A DNA stretch of 64,000 bases. It comes from the human T2T-CHM13v2.0 reference genome, Homo sapiens. A program made the translations under genes and the position numbers. The stretch lies in the NCBI RefSeq assembly GCF_009914755.1, contig NC_060932.1; one strand, written 5' to 3'. This document shows positions 61,718 through 64,000 of the stretch, piece after piece; within the stretch, counting starts at the first letter, position 1, and every line of letters starts with the position of its first letter. The notes under the pieces were generated by a model. That model was not told the DNA's origin and ran no database searches. It saw nothing but the letters and a program-made list of their open reading frames with translations.

Positions 61718-63221
61718 GTAAGAGCCCATGCTGCCACTCCTGGGTGGGCCAAGACCACCTGCCCACCCCCCATCCTTGCCTGGCTGGACACTCAAGGATC
61801 TGTCAGGAGCCACAGAGGAGCGCCTCCCAGTGTGCACCCCTTTCTCTGGGCTCCTGTTCTTCCCCATTGTGGTGCCTATCTCCCCATCCCCCATGGGTTC
61901 AGGGGCTGTTGTGTTGGGAATAGAAAGAAATAGGCCAGAGATGAGATGAGCATTAAATAATAGTCTCAAACAGAAATGGGACAACCCTGGATTAAGTCAT
62001 TCTGAAAACTTGCAACAAACAACTCCAGGGATCCAAATACAAGAAAATGCCAATAAACCCTCAGAGGAACAGAAGACCCTGATGACTGAGCCCCAGGGTT
62101 TCCTGGCATGCCTATCCATGGCTTCACTTGTTCCTCCATCCAAACATGGTGTCAGCGATTGCTCAGGTTTAATATCAGGGGATTTCCTTTGAAACAGGAG
62201 CAAAACACAGCCAAAGGAGTGAATCTCTAACTGCAGAATTTCAACCATTAGAAACAGGTGACAGAGCTGTTTGGAGCAGTGAGGTGAGCAATCTCCTTGC
62301 AGCTGGGAATCATACCCATGGAAACCTGTAGTTGGTCTTCACGTGGGGGTGGCCTGCATGCCTTAGCTTTCTTATCACAGGCCCTTGGGCATCATGACTC
62401 CTCTGCACTCTGGAAACCCTCTGTTCTGGCCTCTCTAAAGGCCATGGCAACGCAAACATTTATAGAGTGTCTACCACGTGCAGGCCCTGTTCAGGCCTTG
62501 GAGAGGCAAAGATGAACAAAGCCCAGACCCCACAAGCAAGGAGCTCCTAGCAAGGGGCCACATAGACGAGGAACTGGCAGGCATCACACAGAGCAATAGG
62601 TTCAATGTCAGTGAAGTATTCAGGGCAGCCTGAGGCCCAAGTTCAGCCTTGGCAGGCAGGGAAATGTGTGAGAGGGTAAGAATAGGAACAGAATCCCTTC
62701 AGGGGGGACCCCCGGGTTGAGCCCCAAAAGATGATTAGGTATTAACCAGCAAGAGGAGAGGAGGGAGGAATCTCAGGCAGAGGGAGCCGCAGTAACAAGG
62801 CCCAGGAGAGGGACAGAGTGTGAGGTGTGCAGGACCTGGAAGCAAACGGCGGAAACAGCCCTTGACCAATGACAACAGGAGGAGACGTGTTCTTCTTAAT
62901 TACGGGCATCAGCTCCTGGGCCCTGAAGCATTCTTGCCCATCTAAGATGTGTCCCTGTCCTCCCCTAGGGGCCCTGTCCTCCTCAAGTGGCTCCTGGGAT
63001 GAGGCCCATCTGCCTCTCCAAAGGCAGCTGGGATGTCCCATCCTGTATGTCCTAGGGGGCTGCCTGGGACTGCAGTTCCAAGGATGCTGGGGCGCTGTTG
63101 GGAAGAGGAAGGCTGCATGCGGGGTCTGGACGCCGTCTTTGGTTTAACCGTCACATCAGCCCTGTGGGGAAAGGATGAGAGTCTCACTTACAGGCACAGA
63201 AGCCAGAATCTTACCCAAAGA

Positions 63222-63774
63222 TGTTATAGGAAAGGGGTCCCGATCCAGACCCCAAGAGAGGGTTCTTGGATCTCGCACAAGAAAGAATTCAGGGTGAGTC
63301 CGTAGAATAAAGCGAAAGCAAGTTTATTAGGAAAGTAAAGCAATAAAAGAATGGGTACTCCATAGATGGAGCAGCCCCAAGGGCTGCTGGTTGCCTATTT
63401 TTATGGTTATTTCTTGATGATATGCTAAACAAGGGGTGGATTATTCATGCCTCCCCTTTTTACACCATATAGGGTAATTTCCTGACATTGCCATGGCATT
63501 TGTGAACTGTTATGGCGCTGGTGGGATGTAGCAGTGAGGATGACCAGAGGTCACTCTCATTGACATCTTGGTGTTGGTGGGATTTAGCTGGCTTCTTTAC
63601 TGCAACCTGTTTTATCAGCAAGGTCTTTATGACGTGTGTCTTGTGCAAACCTCTTGTCTCATTCTGTGATTTAGAATGCCTTAACTGTCTGGGAATGCAA
63701 CCCAGTAGGTTTCAGCCTCATTTTACCCAGCTCCTGTTCAAAATGGAGTCGTTCTGGTTCACACGCCTCTGACA
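63222..63774 (-). mobile_element. MER41A-like solo LTR (553 bp), inside the GULOP intron
   Basis: - strand starts TGTCAGAGGCGTGTGAACCAG and ends ...CCTATAACA; near-TSD aaga/aagt. Confidence 0.85.
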
Positions 63775-64000
63775 AAGTCATGCAGCTGGAAGGCTCCGAG
63801 ACTTTGTGTGTTTGGTGCCAGGCGGGGCAGGGCAACATGATGGTGAAGCCCAGCTCTAGGAGCAGTCGGCCTGAGCGTGAGCCTGCCTCTACCTTGCACC
63901 AGCTGTTAGGCAAGTGCCTTGTGCCTCGGGGCCACAGCATCCTGCCTTAGAAAACAGGTCTCTAAAATAGGGGTATTCAGAGGGCTGGTGAGTTAGAGAT

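Noticed and set aside
61718-64000. GULO exon 5 (LGAVSDVT...HGILATQ)
   Set aside because: No matching sequence seen by eye before the window ends.

Overview
Human (hominoid) genomic DNA, not microbial: no CRISPR arrays, rRNA or tRNA were found. The + strand carries exons 2-19 of EPHX2 (soluble epoxide hydrolase/lipid phosphatase); exon 1 lies upstream of the window. All 18 exons have AG/GT boundaries and splice into one open frame ending ...PPVVSKM-stop at 45863, followed by a 3'UTR with AATAAA at 46240. Downstream are a full-length but retrotransposition-dead, minus-strand L1PA3-like element (50723-56778, 17-bp TSD) nested in an older L1, and an exon-4 remnant of the vitamin-C synthesis pseudogene GULOP (61623-61717) with intact frame and splice sites. 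The rest is rich in Alu, MaLR/ERV1 LTR and old L1 fragments. The least expected structures are locus-specific templated copies: a 66-bp copy of intron-2 sequence with a T28 tail inside a 33-bp duplication (10258-10412), a 113-bp ~98%-identical inverted copy in intron 9, and a 116-nt fold-back hairpin in intron 1. The L1 antisense promoter/ORF0 also points at the orphan GULOP exon. I see no firm evidence of a new gene system; these are testable candidates. Repeat subfamily names come from recalled consensus sequences, and repeat boundaries without stated TSDs are approximate.
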